NCBI GenBank assembly: GCA_038087875.1
Contig: CM075980.1
Location: 1,612,001-1,676,000, forward strand
From: Malacoraja senta
Lineage: Eukaryota
Direction of reading: 5' to 3'
DNA: 64,000 nt
The notes beneath the pieces are model-generated. The model made no database searches. It was not told the origin of the DNA and saw nothing but the letters and a program-made list of their open reading frames with translations. Shown one piece after another: positions 48,638-61,908 of this stretch. A program made the translations under genes and the position numbers. Within the stretch, counting starts at the first letter, position 1, and every line of letters starts with the position of its first letter.

Positions 48638-49470
48638 TACAATCAATACAATCAGTTTTATTCGTCACATTGCACATAAAGTGGAAGTGAAATTAATTTG
48701 AATTTGCCAGCAGCGGTACAATGAGAAAGAACACACAAAAACACACAAAAAATGTAACACAAACATCCACCACAGCATTCATCACTGTGGTGGAAGGCAC
48801 AACATTTGGCCAGTCCTCCTCCATTTTACCCCGTGGTCGGGACCTCAACCCTCCGCAGCTGTCGCTGCGGGCGTCCAGATGGGCAGACAAGGTAAAAAGT
48901 CCAGGAAAGTCCTGAATCGGTGCCTCCCCCACTGGAGACTGCTGCTTCAAGTTGGTGTAGGCCGCAGGCCGGCGGTCGGAGATTTAAAGTTCGCGCCGCA
49001 GCCAGAAGCACCGCAGGGCCGGCAGTCGAAGCTCCCCTGCAGGGGTCCCCGGAGAGGGACCCCGCTCCTGATGGTAAATCGACGCCGCGCCCGCGGTAGA
49101 AGTTGGCCGCGGGCCGGCAGTGGAAGCTTCTGCTCCCCTGGTCGCCCACGAGGGATCCCAGGCTGCGGACCGTGGCTTCAGGCTGCCGCGGGCCAGCGAA
49201 ACGGAGCACTCCCCTCCGGCGAGCCCGGGTGAGGGCTCGCCCGCTCCACGCCGAGGGTCCGTGCTGCGCCCACTGCTGAAGCTCCGGGCACGTCTCTGGG
49301 AAAGGCCGCACCGATCCTTGCTGTTAGGCCACGGGGGAGGCGACATGGAAAAAGTCGCCTCTCCATGGAGGAGGCGACCAAAGCGGTTTCCCCCTTACCA
49401 CCCCACACCACCTCCCACACAAAACACATAGAGAAACATTAAAAACATACATTAAAACTATTAAATGTGT
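48638..49470 (-). mobile_element. CpG-rich non-autonomous retroposon related to 4716-5447
   Basis: Same 5' T-rich/G-rich leader, 5' hairpin and CCACCACAG/CTGTGGTGG hairpin; AATAAA plus repeated GATTGTA tail. Confidence 0.7.
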
Positions 49471-50180
49471 TGGGAGTTTCACAGATAATAACCGGCGCAT
49501 CTGCAATCTTGTTATGTTTCCACCGTCAAAAACCTTGTGAATAAAGTCATCTTTGAGCACCTTTTCCCGAATGCAATTTCAAATTCACTTGCCAGTGGCA
49601 AGAAACATAATACATCAGTGAAGAGGATTGTCCAGGTAGCCTATAAGAGTGAAATGGAGTTTACACCACTGCTTAACTGTGCATTGGTGTGATGTTTTTT
49701 TTCTTGTTTTGGGCTCTGTTTCATCTGTTACTGCGTGAACTATGGATTCACAATTAGAACTTTTTAAAGGAGGTAAATACAATCATGATAGTATTATATT
49801 AAATGCAAAATATAGGACATAAAACAGCACAGCACAGACCCCTTTGGCCCACAATGTCTGCATCAAACACGATGCCAAGATTAACTCTATCTGCCTGCAC
49901 ATATGCCTCTCATAACTGAATATATTTCTATCAGGTCTGCCCACAACCTTTGTTGCAGAGAAGATAATCTCAAGTCTGTCCAACCTCTCCCTGGAGCTAA
50001 TATCACCTAATCCAGCCATCAGTTTGGAAACCTACTCTGCTCTCAAACCAAAGTCTCCACATCCTTCCAATAATGGGGCAACCAGAACTGATGCCTGAGA
50101 ACAGTTGTCAAATTATTTAAATAAGCTTGTTTCTCACTTTTTAAGCTAAGTGTTTGCCTTTTCCATTACATGATGGAGCA

Positions 50181-50590
50181 GGGCGGCACAGTGGTGCAGC
50201 TGGTAGAGCCGCTACTTCACAGCGCCAGGGACCTGGGTTCGATCCTGACCTCGGGTGCTGTCAGTGTGGAGTTTGCACGTTCTCTCTCTGAACACATGGA
50301 CTTTCTCTGGATGCGCAGGTTTCCTCCCACATTTCAAAGATGTGTGGGTTTGTAGACTGGTTGCCTGTTGTAAATTCCCCCCGGAGTGTAGGTAATGGAT
50401 GTGAAAGTGGGGTAACTTAGAACTAGGGTGGAAACAAAGAACTGCAGATGCTGTTTAACAAAAAAAAGACAATGCTGGAGTAACGCAGTGGTCAGGCAGC
50501 ATCTCTGGAGGATAGAAATAGTGTGAATGGGTGATCAATGGTTGGTGCGATGCAGTCGGCAAAAGGGCCTGTTTCCACCTTCCATGTTCT
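50181..50590 (+). mobile_element. HE1-like V-SINE interrupted by a PLE terminus (~50430-50517)
   Basis: GGTGCAGCTGGTAGAG...GGTTCGATCC head, V-domain; tail resumes at ~50520. Confidence 0.8.
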
Positions 50591-51186
50591 AAATGCATAA
50601 CTACATAACAAAAATGCAACATACACCATGACATTTATCACTAAAGATATGGCTCCAGACAAAAATAACATGCATTGTGCTTAAGGTGTTTTCACTATCT
50701 GTTATTGCTATTGGCTTTTATAAATGAATTAATTTTCCGTGCCTTGTACCGTTCCTGTCTGCAAAAGAGCTTCTATTTGAACAAGCTGGGAAACTTTATG
50801 ATAATTCGTTGTTTGCAAACGAGAAATTCACCGTAGAAATCGGAAGCTTTGTTTGCTTGTTTTAAATGGACCGTCAATTTCACATTGCATGATCAGTTTA
50901 TACTGTCACTTGTGAGTTTTTTCAAACCGAACATCTGTATGCTTATCGCTTTGCATTACTGACCCACTATAATTCTAGTGATAATGGTAGGGCATGTCTT
51001 GGATAATTTGTGCAACAACAATCTTGCCTGAATGACGTAGTAGTTGCCTGATAATTGGTTCTTGAGCATGTAAGCAAACTTGTCACTTGTTTCCTGGGAT
51101 GGAAAGTGATATTTAATACCAAGGTGTGAAGCGGTTACAGAGAGAGGTTTTCATAACCACGTAGACACACAATGCTGGAGTCTTCG

Positions 51187-51787
51187 TCATAGAGTGATAG
51201 TGTGGAAACAGGCCATTCAGCCCAACTTGCCCTCACCGGCCAACATGTCCCAGTTACACTAGTCCCACCTGCCTGCGCTTGGTCCATATCCCTCCAAACC
51301 TGTCCTATCCACGTCCCTGTCTAACTGATTCTTAAACGTTGGAATAGTCCAAGCCTCAACTACCTCCTCTGGCAGCTTGTTCCATACTTCCACCACCCTT
51401 TGTGTGAAAATGTTACCCCCCAGATTCCTCTTAAATCTTTTCCCCTTCACCTTCAACCTATGTGCTCTGCGCCTCGATTCACCTACTCTGGGTAAGAGAC
51501 TCTGTGCATCTATCCGATCTAGTCTCATGATATTATACACCTCTATAAGATCACCCATCATCTTCCTGTGCCCCAGGGAATAGAGTCCCAGCCTACTCAA
51601 CCTTTCCCTATAGCTCAGACCCCCCTTGTCCTGGCTAAATATATTAGACTGACTGTACCTGTACCTTTTCCAACTTGACAACATCTTTCCTGTAACAGAA
51701 CATGGTGCCCAGAACTGAATACACTCTAAATGCAGTCTCCCCAAAGTCTTACACAACTGCAACATGACCTCCTAACTTCTATACTCA
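51187..51787 (-). mobile_element. CR1/HER1 3' fragment
   Basis: Translation LSYRERLSRLGLYSLG...FTQRVVEVWNKLPEEVVEA. Confidence 0.88.
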
Positions 51788-51856
51788 ATAGAAGACCGAC
51801 AAAAAAAGCTGGAGTAATTCAGCGGGACAGGCAACATCTCCGGAGAGAAGGAATGG

Positions 51857-51888
51857 GTGACGTTTCGGGTCGAGACCCTTCTTCAGAC
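51857..51888 (-). ncRNA. Best-preserved minimal hammerhead-like motif in a solo PLE terminus (51795-51888)
   Basis: Reverse complement: GU-CUGAAGA-A-GGGUC(UC)GACCC-GAAA-CG-UC-AC. Confidence 0.55.
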
Positions 51889-52394
51889 TCGTGTATTAGG
51901 TATATATTACATAATCATGTATTCGGAACGTTTAACAGTATACCATACGACCATATCCCTTATTTCACCTCCTGCCTTATTTATTGAAGTCACTCATATA
52001 GCATTGTTGCAATAATAGATTAGATTCTTTTCAAAAATAGGCTCATTCTTAATTTTATTGAGCAATCTCGAGTAAATTAGTACAGGTGCTGAACACAAAA
52101 CTCAAGTTCCAATATTCAGCCCTGGGAGAATTGTTCAGGTGCACTGACTTCAGCAGGAAGTGTTCTGATGGATGATTAGAGTTAATTAATCTTCAAAGGC
52201 TGGAGAACAGATTGACCTGTGTGCAGTTCTCTGCACAGCTTAATTCCAATTCAGCAGGAAACAGAACCATAAATGGAGATTAATAAGGCTGAGGCTGAAA
52301 TGTAGATTGCCTTGTTAGGTGGGGTGATAGCAGGATGAGAATGTTCATAAATGTTTTGTGGCAAGATTGCAGAGGTTTCGGATGCAGTTGTGAG

Positions 52395-52655
52395 GAAGTA
52401 CAGATGCTGGAACCTGGAGCAAAACATAAAGGAGATCGACACAAAATGCTCGAGTAACTCAGCAGGACAGTCAGCATCTCTGGAGAATAGGAATGGGTGA
52501 CATTTCGGGCCAAGACCCTTCTCCAGACTGAGTCCGGAGAGAGTCACAGAGATAAGGGAGTGTAAGAGATCAAAAGAGATGAAGTTCAAGGTAAATGTAG
52601 AATAGATCATTGTTAGCCAGGAGAAGGTGAAAACAGAGCAGGCAGAGATAAAATG
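52395..52655 (-). mobile_element. PLE terminal repeat fragment
   Basis: Terminal motif followed by purine-rich sequence matching the reverse complement of the 23640-23770 region. Confidence 0.7.
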
Positions 52656-53146
52656 TCATCAGGGGGACTGATTCCAATTGAGAATTTATTTTCTTCTGCC
52701 ATGATCGAAAATGAAATCGGACAGGTTACATTGATTTTGCCACTGGCTGCATCCTAGTGTAAAATGATCTTGTCCTCGAGTGTCCCAACATCCTGAGTGT
52801 CTTCACCACCTTTAGAAGCAATAGAAGAATTGTTGAGACTTTCAAAACACAGAGAGACTTAAATGAGATGCAAGGTGCAGCAGTGCTTGAGAGATAATAA
52901 ATGAGTCATAGCTGCTTTGGGTACTAATGAAGTATTTGAGAGCACATTGGGAATTTGAATGCAGTCGTGTTATAAGGTTACACAGAGAAATCTCGGGTGG
53001 ATGTTTAATAAGCATAATTTCCTTTGAGACCATATCAGAATATAGCTGACTGATGGGAGTTTTGCATTCTTGATTGTGATCATTGCAACAAACAATTTTT
53101 AAATTAGTGGCTCCACCTTTTAAAAAAACAAACCCCTACACAATCA

Positions 53147-53795
53147 AAATAAGAAAAATGAAGTCGTAATGATCACGGGCAGAAATAGCCTTTTCTGTGC
53201 CGAGAGAAAGTGTGAAGTCGGGTCTTGAAGCCTGGAAAACTCTTGGCTGGAAAATTAGATTTGCTCCTCAAACTCTGGCATTGGCCATCTTGGTAACTCC
53301 AGAAAAACAAGTCGGGGTACAAGAGCAATCTGTCAATTTACTTTGTGTAGAAAGGAACTGCAGATATTGGTTTATACCGTAGATAGACACAAAATGCTGG
53401 AGTGACTCCGCAGCTCAGGCAGCATCTCTGAAGAAAATAAATAGGTGACGTTTAGGGTGGGAACCCTTCTTCAGACTGAAAGATATGGGGGGGGGGGGGG
53501 GGACTTGTTTCAAAATTGTCTGGAAGTGACAAAACTCATTGCAGACTTTTTCCTCTGTAACTGTTGCCCTACAAGGCTGAGAAACTATTATTCACTCTGG
53601 TATTTTTCTCTCTGCTCTATCGTTTGTTCTTGTTTTCGGCTTGATTGTGTTCATGTAGAGTATTAATCTGATTTGATTGGACAGCACGCAAACTAAAGCT
53701 CTTCACTGTACCTTGGCACGCTTTACAATAATAAACCTGAACCTACTCCTGGTGATATTTAGCTTGGTATTACTAATGCTACCTTTCCTTAACTC
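53147..53795 (+). repeat. Old direct duplication, copy B, with a PLE-terminus insertion (~53345-53500)
   Basis: Aligns by eye with 47710-48275. Confidence 0.75.
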
Positions 53796-53849
53796 TTCCA
53801 ATTTAAAAAAAAACATGAAGTGATTTGCTTTCTGACTATTGTTATTACC

Positions 53850-53874
53850 GGAGAGAGAGAGAGAGAGAGAGAGA
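53850..53874. repeat. (GA)n microsatellite at a SINE tail
   Basis: Direct observation. Confidence 0.9.
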
Positions 53875-54213
53875 ACAATACAGCATGGAAACTGGCCTAT
53901 TGGGCCACCGAGTCCACGCGGATCATCAACCACGCATTTACATTAAGTCTCTGCTCATCCAAACCAAATTCATTCTCTCCAGATTATTATCAAACTACCA
54001 CTCGCCTACACACAAGGGGCAATTTAAAGAGGCCAATTAATCTGCCAGCCCACACCTCTTTGGCATGTAGGGTGAAACCGGAACACCTGGAGGAAACCCT
54101 AGTGGTCACAGGAAGAATGTGTAAACTCCACCTCAGCAGATTCTGAAGTCAGGATCGAACCTGGGTCTTTGGTGCTGTGAGGCAGTGGCTCTACAAGCTG
54201 TGCTGCTGTGCCA
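53875..54213 (-). mobile_element. HE1-like V-SINE
   Basis: Reverse-complement head (GGTTCGATCC), V-domain and tail. Confidence 0.75.
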
Positions 54214-55037
54214 GCGCTCAAGTGGCTCAGAACTTGTGTCTGAGGTGAGATGTGAGTGTTCCTTCAGTTGTTCTGTTGGGGGGGAAGCGACGCATTAAGC
54301 AGAGTTTTACATAATGGCACGTCGTTGTCACACACCCCAGCTAGAGCACTCAAGCTGTTGGTAAGTCAGAATCCAGGAATTTTTCTCGGCTTCAGGCTAA
54401 TTATGGCTATCACAGCTGTGCTCTGATAACTTCACAGTGGTAAGTTCAATTAACCAGGCCAACTGAGAATTCAGAGAATCTGCAAGTGCTGCTTGTTATC
54501 TTAACCTGGTGCATGTTAGAACTGTACTAACTTGAATTAAATCTCAAGTTCTCAACCCCCCAAAAATACAACCACATTGCTGCTGTTGTTTAAGACAGAA
54601 TACCTGTGAAGTCAAATTAGAAAATGATTGTTCGAAAAAGAATAGTTTTTTGAACCTGAGTTCCATGCAAATCAAGTTTGGAATTGACAAGCTCTGAAAT
54701 GATGGGGAGAACATAGAGCAATGTAGCACATGAACAGGCCCTTCGGCCCACTATGTGCTGAAACATGATGCAAGTTCAACAGCAGATTCTGTTGGCAGAA
54801 ACAAAGAACTGCAGATGCTGGTTAGTACACAAAAGGACGCAAAGTATTGTCATAACTCAGCAGGTCAGGCAGCATCTCGGGAGAACATAAAAGTTCTCAA
54901 CGCAAAACGTCATCTATCCATGATATCCTGTGATGCTGCCTGACTTGTTGAGTTACTCCATCACTTTGTGTCCTTATTTAGTTGGCAGCATTTTTTCGCA
55001 TTGGAGTATTAAAAATATTTTCCAACTATGTTTAATT

Positions 55038-55295
55038 CAGCCCATCGAGTCTGCACCGACCTGCGATCCCTGCACACTTACACTATCCTACACCCACTAG
55101 GGACAATTTACATTTACACCAAGCCAATTGACCTATAACCCTGTATGTCTTTGGAGTGTGGGAGGAAACCGAAGATCTCGGAGATAAACCCACGCAGGTC
55201 ACGGGGAGAACGTACGGAGAAGTACCCGTAGTCAAGATCAAACCCGGGTCGCTGGCGATGTCATACAGAAGCTCTACTGCTGCGCCACCCTGCCG
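55038..55295 (-). mobile_element. HE1-like V-SINE
   Basis: Closely matches the 19055-19357 copy. Confidence 0.8.
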
Positions 55296-56944
55296 CTTAT
55301 TTTATATAAGGTATAGAGCTCACTCTCTGTTTCTCCCATTGGCTGCTGTTATGAGCTAATTCCATCTACTGGCCGGAATGTGATAACACACACACCACCC
55401 AAGAACAGAAGTAGTAGAAGCAGGGGTAGACCATTTGGCCCTTCAGGCTGCCCAGCTATTTATCAATGACATGGCCTCAAATTATTTTGTGTGTTGTCCA
55501 CTGAACTCCACAGCCCTTGGATGCAGAATTTAAAATCACTGCCTTTTCATTGAATAAATTATTTCTGAACTCAGCCCTAAATGAACTATTACTTATTTTC
55601 AGGCTGTGACCCTTGGCTCTAAACCTAGCCAGGAAAAGTGTTTCCCCTGCATTGATCCTGTAAGAATTTTGGATTTGAAATGTGATCTCCCAAACATAGG
55701 AGTAGAAAGGTATTGGCCAGTCGATCAGAGTGCAAAACACGCCATCTGTTCACTGAATCCCCGCACTCCATAGCAAGTGTTTCCAGTCTGAGACTGCGTC
55801 CAGAATATGCCAGATATAATCTCACACAGATTCTTTATAGTTGCAGTTTGACATTTTTACTCCATTATTCAAATCTTCTCTTGTATTCAGAGCGGTTGGC
55901 TGCTGGCAAAGGTTGTGTGATGAATGTTGGCTTGCACTACCATGGTCTAGTTTATTAGGTTGCTGATCATTGTATATTTGTTGTATTAGCTTTAACGTTA
56001 AGTGGGAGGAGTAAGAATCTGGCTTTTCCTATCCTGTTATATTTGACAATTAAACATTTTTTAATTCCCTTTTGACCATGAATCTTAGATCAAGATGGGA
56101 GTTTAATGTCCAACTAAAATGGTGCTTCCTTTTGTGTTTGTTTCTTTGTCGCTTTTGATTTGCATGCAAACCCTTGTAGCTAATATTAAGTTTGCACTGC
56201 ATTTTTTCATATTAATACTGAATTTATTCTGCTACTGAATGGATATGAGCAAAAGATTGAATTTGAGTGTTGTTCAAAGCTTGCAGAATGTAGCAATGAC
56301 GATTTTAGTGCCCATCGTTGCATTTTATCACCGATTTTATCACCTGTTCACTCTTCTTCAATTAATTTCCTTGAGGGTGCCTCTTGTAATGTGGCATGGC
56401 ATCTTGTTATTGTTGAAACGAGTTGTATTACAATGAAATGCAGAGCTCCTACCTGCTAAATGGTGAGATTTTATGTGTGGACAGGGTTTGTGTCCTGTAA
56501 TCTGTTTGGACTTGATTTCTCACTGTATTTGAAAGGAGTTAATTGAACATTTTGTCAAATGGCGTTGAAACATTTGGATAGGATTCTGACAGTGCTGATT
56601 TAATGAGATATTTTGACTTGTGGATAGGGGAGAATGGATCTGTTGACTGTTGAATTTGAGTGCACTGTTGAAAGTTCTCACTACTTCATAATTAAACTTA
56701 GTCTACAACTTTAATATGTCACCAGAGGTCTCAAAGTATTCATTGCCTTCGGCTTACAATTGTCTTTCACCCACAGAGAGACGATCGATATTACTGAGTA
56801 ATTAGATGAGTGTAATTTGGTCCGAGTCCATAAAAGACTGGTGGGCAGCAGTTGAGTTTAAAAACAAGCTGTGATTGCGTTATATTTGTTGGCATTTGTA
56901 GGCATGATTATATTAAGCTGTTTCAACAGCCTGCAAACGACACA

Positions 56945-57230
56945 GGCTATGGCCTCAGACTCAAAGGACGCACCTTTAGAATGGAGATGAGGAGGAGTTT
57001 CTTTAGTCAGAGGGTGGTGAATTTGTGGAATTCATTGCCACAGAAGGCTGTGGAGGCCAAGTCAATGGATATTTTTAACGCAGAGATAGATAGATTCTTG
57101 ATTAATAAGGGTGTCAAGGGTTATGGGGAGAAAGCAGGAGAATGGGGTTGAGAGGAAAAGAGATCAGCCATGATTGAATGGTGGACTAGACTTGATGGAC
57201 CGAATGGCCTAATTCTGCTCCTAGAACATG
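56945..57230 (+). mobile_element. CR1 3' fragment
   Basis: Translation LRLKGRTFRMEMRRSFFSQRVVNLWNSLPQKAVEA. Confidence 0.88.
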
Positions 57231-57506
57231 AAAGCATTGAGAAATAAGTTGCGATGACTGGTTACGACGTGGACAGAGCTCGTCTATCGGCAGGCGTCCA
57301 GGTCCTTGTTTACGGCATTTGATAACGGAAGTATTTTATTAACTCTTCAGGTATTTTGAATCGCGCTGCCTTCGACTAATTTCACATGTACAGAACCCCA
57401 TTGAGGAAATAATTGAACACCAATTGCAGAAAGAAAGAGCAGTTGTTTTGAAAACTCCGTAGTTCTCAATTGGTGTTATGGTCTTGTCCCCACAAACTAA
57501 TGGGAG

Positions 57507-57745
57507 ATAGAGATAAAAACCTGGAATAACTCAGCAGGACAGGCAGCATCTCTGGAGAGAAGGAATGGGTGAAGTTTTGGGTCGAGACCCTTCTTCATAT
57601 TAGATGTTCCCTTGTCTGAAGAAGGGTCTCTACCTGAAATGTCACTCATCCCTTCTCTCCAGAGATGCTGCCTGTCCCGCTGAGTTACTCCAGCTTTTTG
57701 TGCCTATCTTTGGTTTAAACCAGCATCTGCAGTTCCTTCTTGCAA
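57507..57745. mobile_element. PLE-terminus fold-back element with TSD
   Basis: Inverted halves; flanks CTAATGGGAGA and CTAATGGCAGA. Confidence 0.8.
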
Positions 57746-58351
57746 CCTAATGGCAGACCCGCATGTTAGACTTGTGCGTCAGAGTTGCTGCTAGCTTGCA
57801 GCGATATTCTCTGCAGGCAGGTGTGATGCCACAAACTGCGTTGTGTTACATTTTTCTTCCCAACATAGATCATTGTGATCCATCCTGGCTGGGGGCAATC
57901 CCGCGCCCTAAGCTCTGCAGTCTCTTCTTTCGTGTTTCCCTCAGCTGCTCCCAAATTCTACCATGCACCCCCCCCTCCCCCCCACTGGGGGGCAATGCTC
58001 AGTGACCAATTAACCATCCAGCATCCAGGTTACTCCATCATTTTGCATCTTTCCTTGGTAAACCAGCATCTGCAGTTCCTCGTTTCTAACTTTCGAGCAC
58101 ACCGGTGGATTGAATGTGATACCAGGGCACTTGGGGGAAACCCACTCGGATCATGGGGAATGTGTGACTTCCACAACAATAGCACCAGAGGTCAGGATTG
58201 ATTGCAAGTTGTGTTTGCTGTGGAGTTACTTGAGTTGTGAGGCAGCAACTCTTCTCACTGTGCTGCCCACCATTGTAATACCGCTATTATCTTTTACGTG
58301 ATCAATCTAACCAAAACTATTGCAAGAGCTGCTCCTTGGACCCAATGCAAT

Positions 58352-58620
58352 CGGCGCCACAGTGGTGCAGCTGGTAGAGTGCTGCCTCGCAACGCCAGAG
58401 ACGCAGATTCGATTCTGACCTCGCGTGCTATCTTTGTGGAGTTTGCACTTTTCCCCATGTGATCGTGTGGGTTTCCTCAGGGTGCTCCAATTTCCTTGCA
58501 CATCCAAAGACGTGCGGGTTTGTTAGCTCATTGTCCTCTGTAAAATTGCCCATCGTGTGTCGGGAGTGGATGAGAAAGTGGGGTAACCTGGAACTGGTTT
58601 GAACGAGTGATCGATGGTCT
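58352..58620 (+). mobile_element. HE1-like V-SINE
   Basis: Head and V-domain motifs. Confidence 0.75.
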
Positions 58621-59002
58621 ACTTCCGTGCTGTATAAACTCTGACTCAGAACATGGCAGTGGGGCGAAGGTAAAAGATTGCTCATGATCTTATGAGTGAT
58701 GGAGTGGGCACAAAGGCCTTCTAGTTCTTGTTCCATTGTAATTTGGAAATTAGAGCAGTTGTGTAGTCGTGCAGCAAATTTTATACAGCGTGTGGAAAGT
58801 CTGTTCCTTATCACAAAGATAATGATGAACATGTTTCAACTATTTCTCAACGTTTGCATTCTACTTCAGACATTCCTTGTCACAATGCCTCTGTTGCTGC
58901 TCAGCCCATAAAACGCTAAACTTGCACAACAAATGCAAAATATTTTGCAGCTTATTTTGTGCAGCTTTAATTTCCACATGGTGTGAATGCACACCAGCTG
59001 TC

Positions 59003-59024
59003 TGTGTGTGTGTGTGTGTGTGTG
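59003..59024. repeat. (TG)n microsatellite
   Basis: Direct observation. Confidence 0.9.
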
Positions 59025-59414
59025 AGGAACTCAGGAATGTTAAACACCTGCAAACAGCACCTTCTACAGCCAATAGATAATTATAAATGAAGCCTGATGA
59101 TTTTTGAAAGCGGTTGCATTTTATATTACCAGGGAACTACTGTGTCTTAAATGATGCATGATGAATTATGCTTCAGATTGCTGCTGGGAGGTTTGCTTGG
59201 CTATTTTCAAATTTGGCAATTTGATCCGTTCCTGCTTTCAATGCCAAGGGAGTTCAACTGCGGCTGCTGAATTTTGTTCTGTCTTTACCGTGAAATATGT
59301 TCCTGAGCCCTTTGGAAAAGGCAATTGTGCTCTGATGATTTAAAGTAACGCCATGGCGATGTCCAATTGTTTTATGTGCCTCTCCATTTTGCTTCCTCAC
59401 TTACCCTCATTTCT

Positions 59415-59863
59415 TAGTTTACAAGCGGGATGCCAGTACTTGAGGACCTGAGCTATGGGAAGAGATTGGGCAAGCTAGGACTTTATTCTTTGGAGTGCAG
59501 GAGTCTGTGGGGTGATTTTATAGAGGTGCATAAAATCATGAGGGTGAATGCAGGGTGTATTACCCAGGATAGAGGAATGAAAACCAGAGGACATAGGTTT
59601 AAGGTGAGAGGGGCGGAATTTAATGGGAACCTGAGAGCAGCCTTTTCACACAGAGGGTGGTGGGTATATGGAACAAGCTGCCGGAGGAGGTAGTTGAGGC
59701 AGGTATTCTAGCAACCTGTGTAAGGCACTTGGACGGGTACATGGAAAGAAAAGGGTCAGAGGGATATGGGCCAAATGCAAGATAATGTGACTTGCTTACA
59801 TGGGGAATATTAGTTGGCATGGAGGAGTTGGGCTGAGGGGCCTGATTCCGTGCTGTGTGACTC
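59415..59863 (+). mobile_element. CR1/HER1 3' fragment
   Basis: Translation LEDLSYGKRLGKLGLYSLECRSLWGDFIEVHKIMR...TRGHRFKVRG. Confidence 0.85.
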
Positions 59864-60434
59864 TTTGGCAGGCTTGCTAACATGCACATCTCTCCATCTG
59901 CCTGAAACCCACGTAGTGAGGTTACTTTTGGCATAAAATAAGTGTTCAAACTTTTTGTTCAAAGTATTCCTCAATGGTGCGTTTTATGTTAGTTCTCATT
60001 AACAGTTATTGGAACTGCTCATTTGGCTCGCAGCAGTTCAGGTAGAATAAGCGAAGGTTCGCCAAAGATAATTATACATGTATTGAAAAACAGAAAAACG
60101 GTAGATTTCGACACTGCCTTATCTGTTGAGAATGACAAGATTTCCCCCCCTTAGTTTCATTGAACTGTTGGCTGTTAAGAATTTATGGAGCGGACAAATT
60201 CGTCTGCGTGTTGAGCAACTTTCCAATTTGAAATTTAGAAAGGGACAGCATAAAACAGTACAGCACCTGAACAAGCTCTTCGGCCCGCAATGTCTGTGCA
60301 GAACATGATGCCTGATGAAACTAAACTAGACTGATCATTTCATTCCCTGCATATCCATATGTCCATCTAAAAGCTTCAATGCCACCATTGTATCTGTCTC
60401 CACCACCACCCTGGCGTTGCATCCAGGCACCTTA

Positions 60435-60836
60435 CATCTACACTTCACACTTCCTCGGCCAGGCCAACAGCATAATCAAGACCAAGTCTCACCCCGGACA
60501 CTCCCTCTTCTCCCTGCTCCCATCACGGTAGAGGAAGTGTGAAAACGCAAACCTCCAGATTCAGGGACAGTTTCTTCCCTGCTGTCGTTAGGCAATTGAA
60601 CCATGCTATCGCCAACTAGAGAGGGGTCCTGACCTATGATCTACCTCATTGGAGACCTTCAGACTATCTTTAATTGGACTTTACTGGATTTTATTTTGCA
60701 CTAAACATTATACTCTATCCTGTTTCTGTACACTGTGCTCAATTGTGATCGTGTAGTCTTTTCGCGAACTGGATAGCACGCAACAAAAAGGGTTTTCACT
60801 GTACCTCGTGCACGTGACAATCAACTAAACTAAACC
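60435..60836 (+). mobile_element. Rex1/Babar-like LINE 3' fragment
   Basis: IIK..SHPGHSLFSLLPS...RFRDSFFP remnants; tail TTTTCACTGTACCTCG..CACGTGACAAT..(ACTAA)n. Confidence 0.75.
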
Positions 60837-61684
60837 CTACCACACCATGTAGGGGGAAAAAACTTGTTCCGCACGTCTCCTTCAGCGGACAATTTGTGCA
60901 ATCAAACCCATTGAACCGCAAGTGATGGAAATTGGGTCCACTTAGATTTTACCTCATTACTAAATGAGGAGTGAATTATTCAGTACGCAGCACAATCAAA
61001 CCAAATGTGAAATCTCAACACTCTGAAGTGCTCACTTAGAGAAGTTGAGAGGATTGGAAGCAAATGCTTTCATGAAACATTTTATTTAGGTACACTGCCA
61101 TTTTGAATATCAAGAATGCTAAGAATGATTTTTACAACAATTAAATAAAGGAGCCGATTGTAGTCTTACTAGTCTTATTTTAATTGCTTTTGTGATTCTC
61201 ATCTGCAATAGTTAGATTCCAGAGATCAAAACTAGCAGTTGTTTATAGTGTTGAGGGGTAATGGGCAGATAGTGTGACAGAGAAGGTCAGAGCTACAGCT
61301 CTGAGCTGCAAAGCCTTGAAGCTTCCATTACTATTGAATACCCATACATCAGAATCACTTTTGCAAGTTCAAACTTCACTCCAGAGATTTGTGTGTAGAA
61401 TTTCAGCGAGAATTCTGTTCTGTTGGTTTCCATTTTTCAGATGTCAACTAAATATTCTGGCCCCAGCTGCGTTGTCAAATTGGAAAAAGAATTGCATTGC
61501 CCTGTTCAAAGAGTGGAGTCCGGTGTATTAGTCTTCAACTAGTGTCACCAAAAGGACCTTTATCTGGTCTTGACTGGACTGCTGTCTGTCAGACTCTCAT
61601 GTGGTCAAGTTGGCTAGTGTGTTTGTTGTGGAAAATTACACCTGACAATTATACAGTCCCTTTCATAGTCTCGAGCTCTTCCAT

Positions 61685-61908
61685 GATGGGTGTATGGGTG
61701 TAAGGAACAAGCTGCCAGAGGAGGTAGTTGAGACAGGGACAATCCCAACGTTTAAAAAACAGTTAAGACAGGTACATGGATAGGACAGATTTGGAGGGAT
61801 ATGGACCAAACGCAGGCAGGTGAGACTAGTGTAGCTGGGACATGTTGGCAGGTGTGGGCAGGTTAGGTCGAAGGGTCTGTTTCCACACTCTTATCACTAT
61901 GACTCTAT
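61685..61908 (+). mobile_element. CR1/HER1 3' end
   Basis: GGAACAAGCTGCCAGAGGAGGTAGTTGAG...CTATGACTCTATG tail. Confidence 0.8.
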
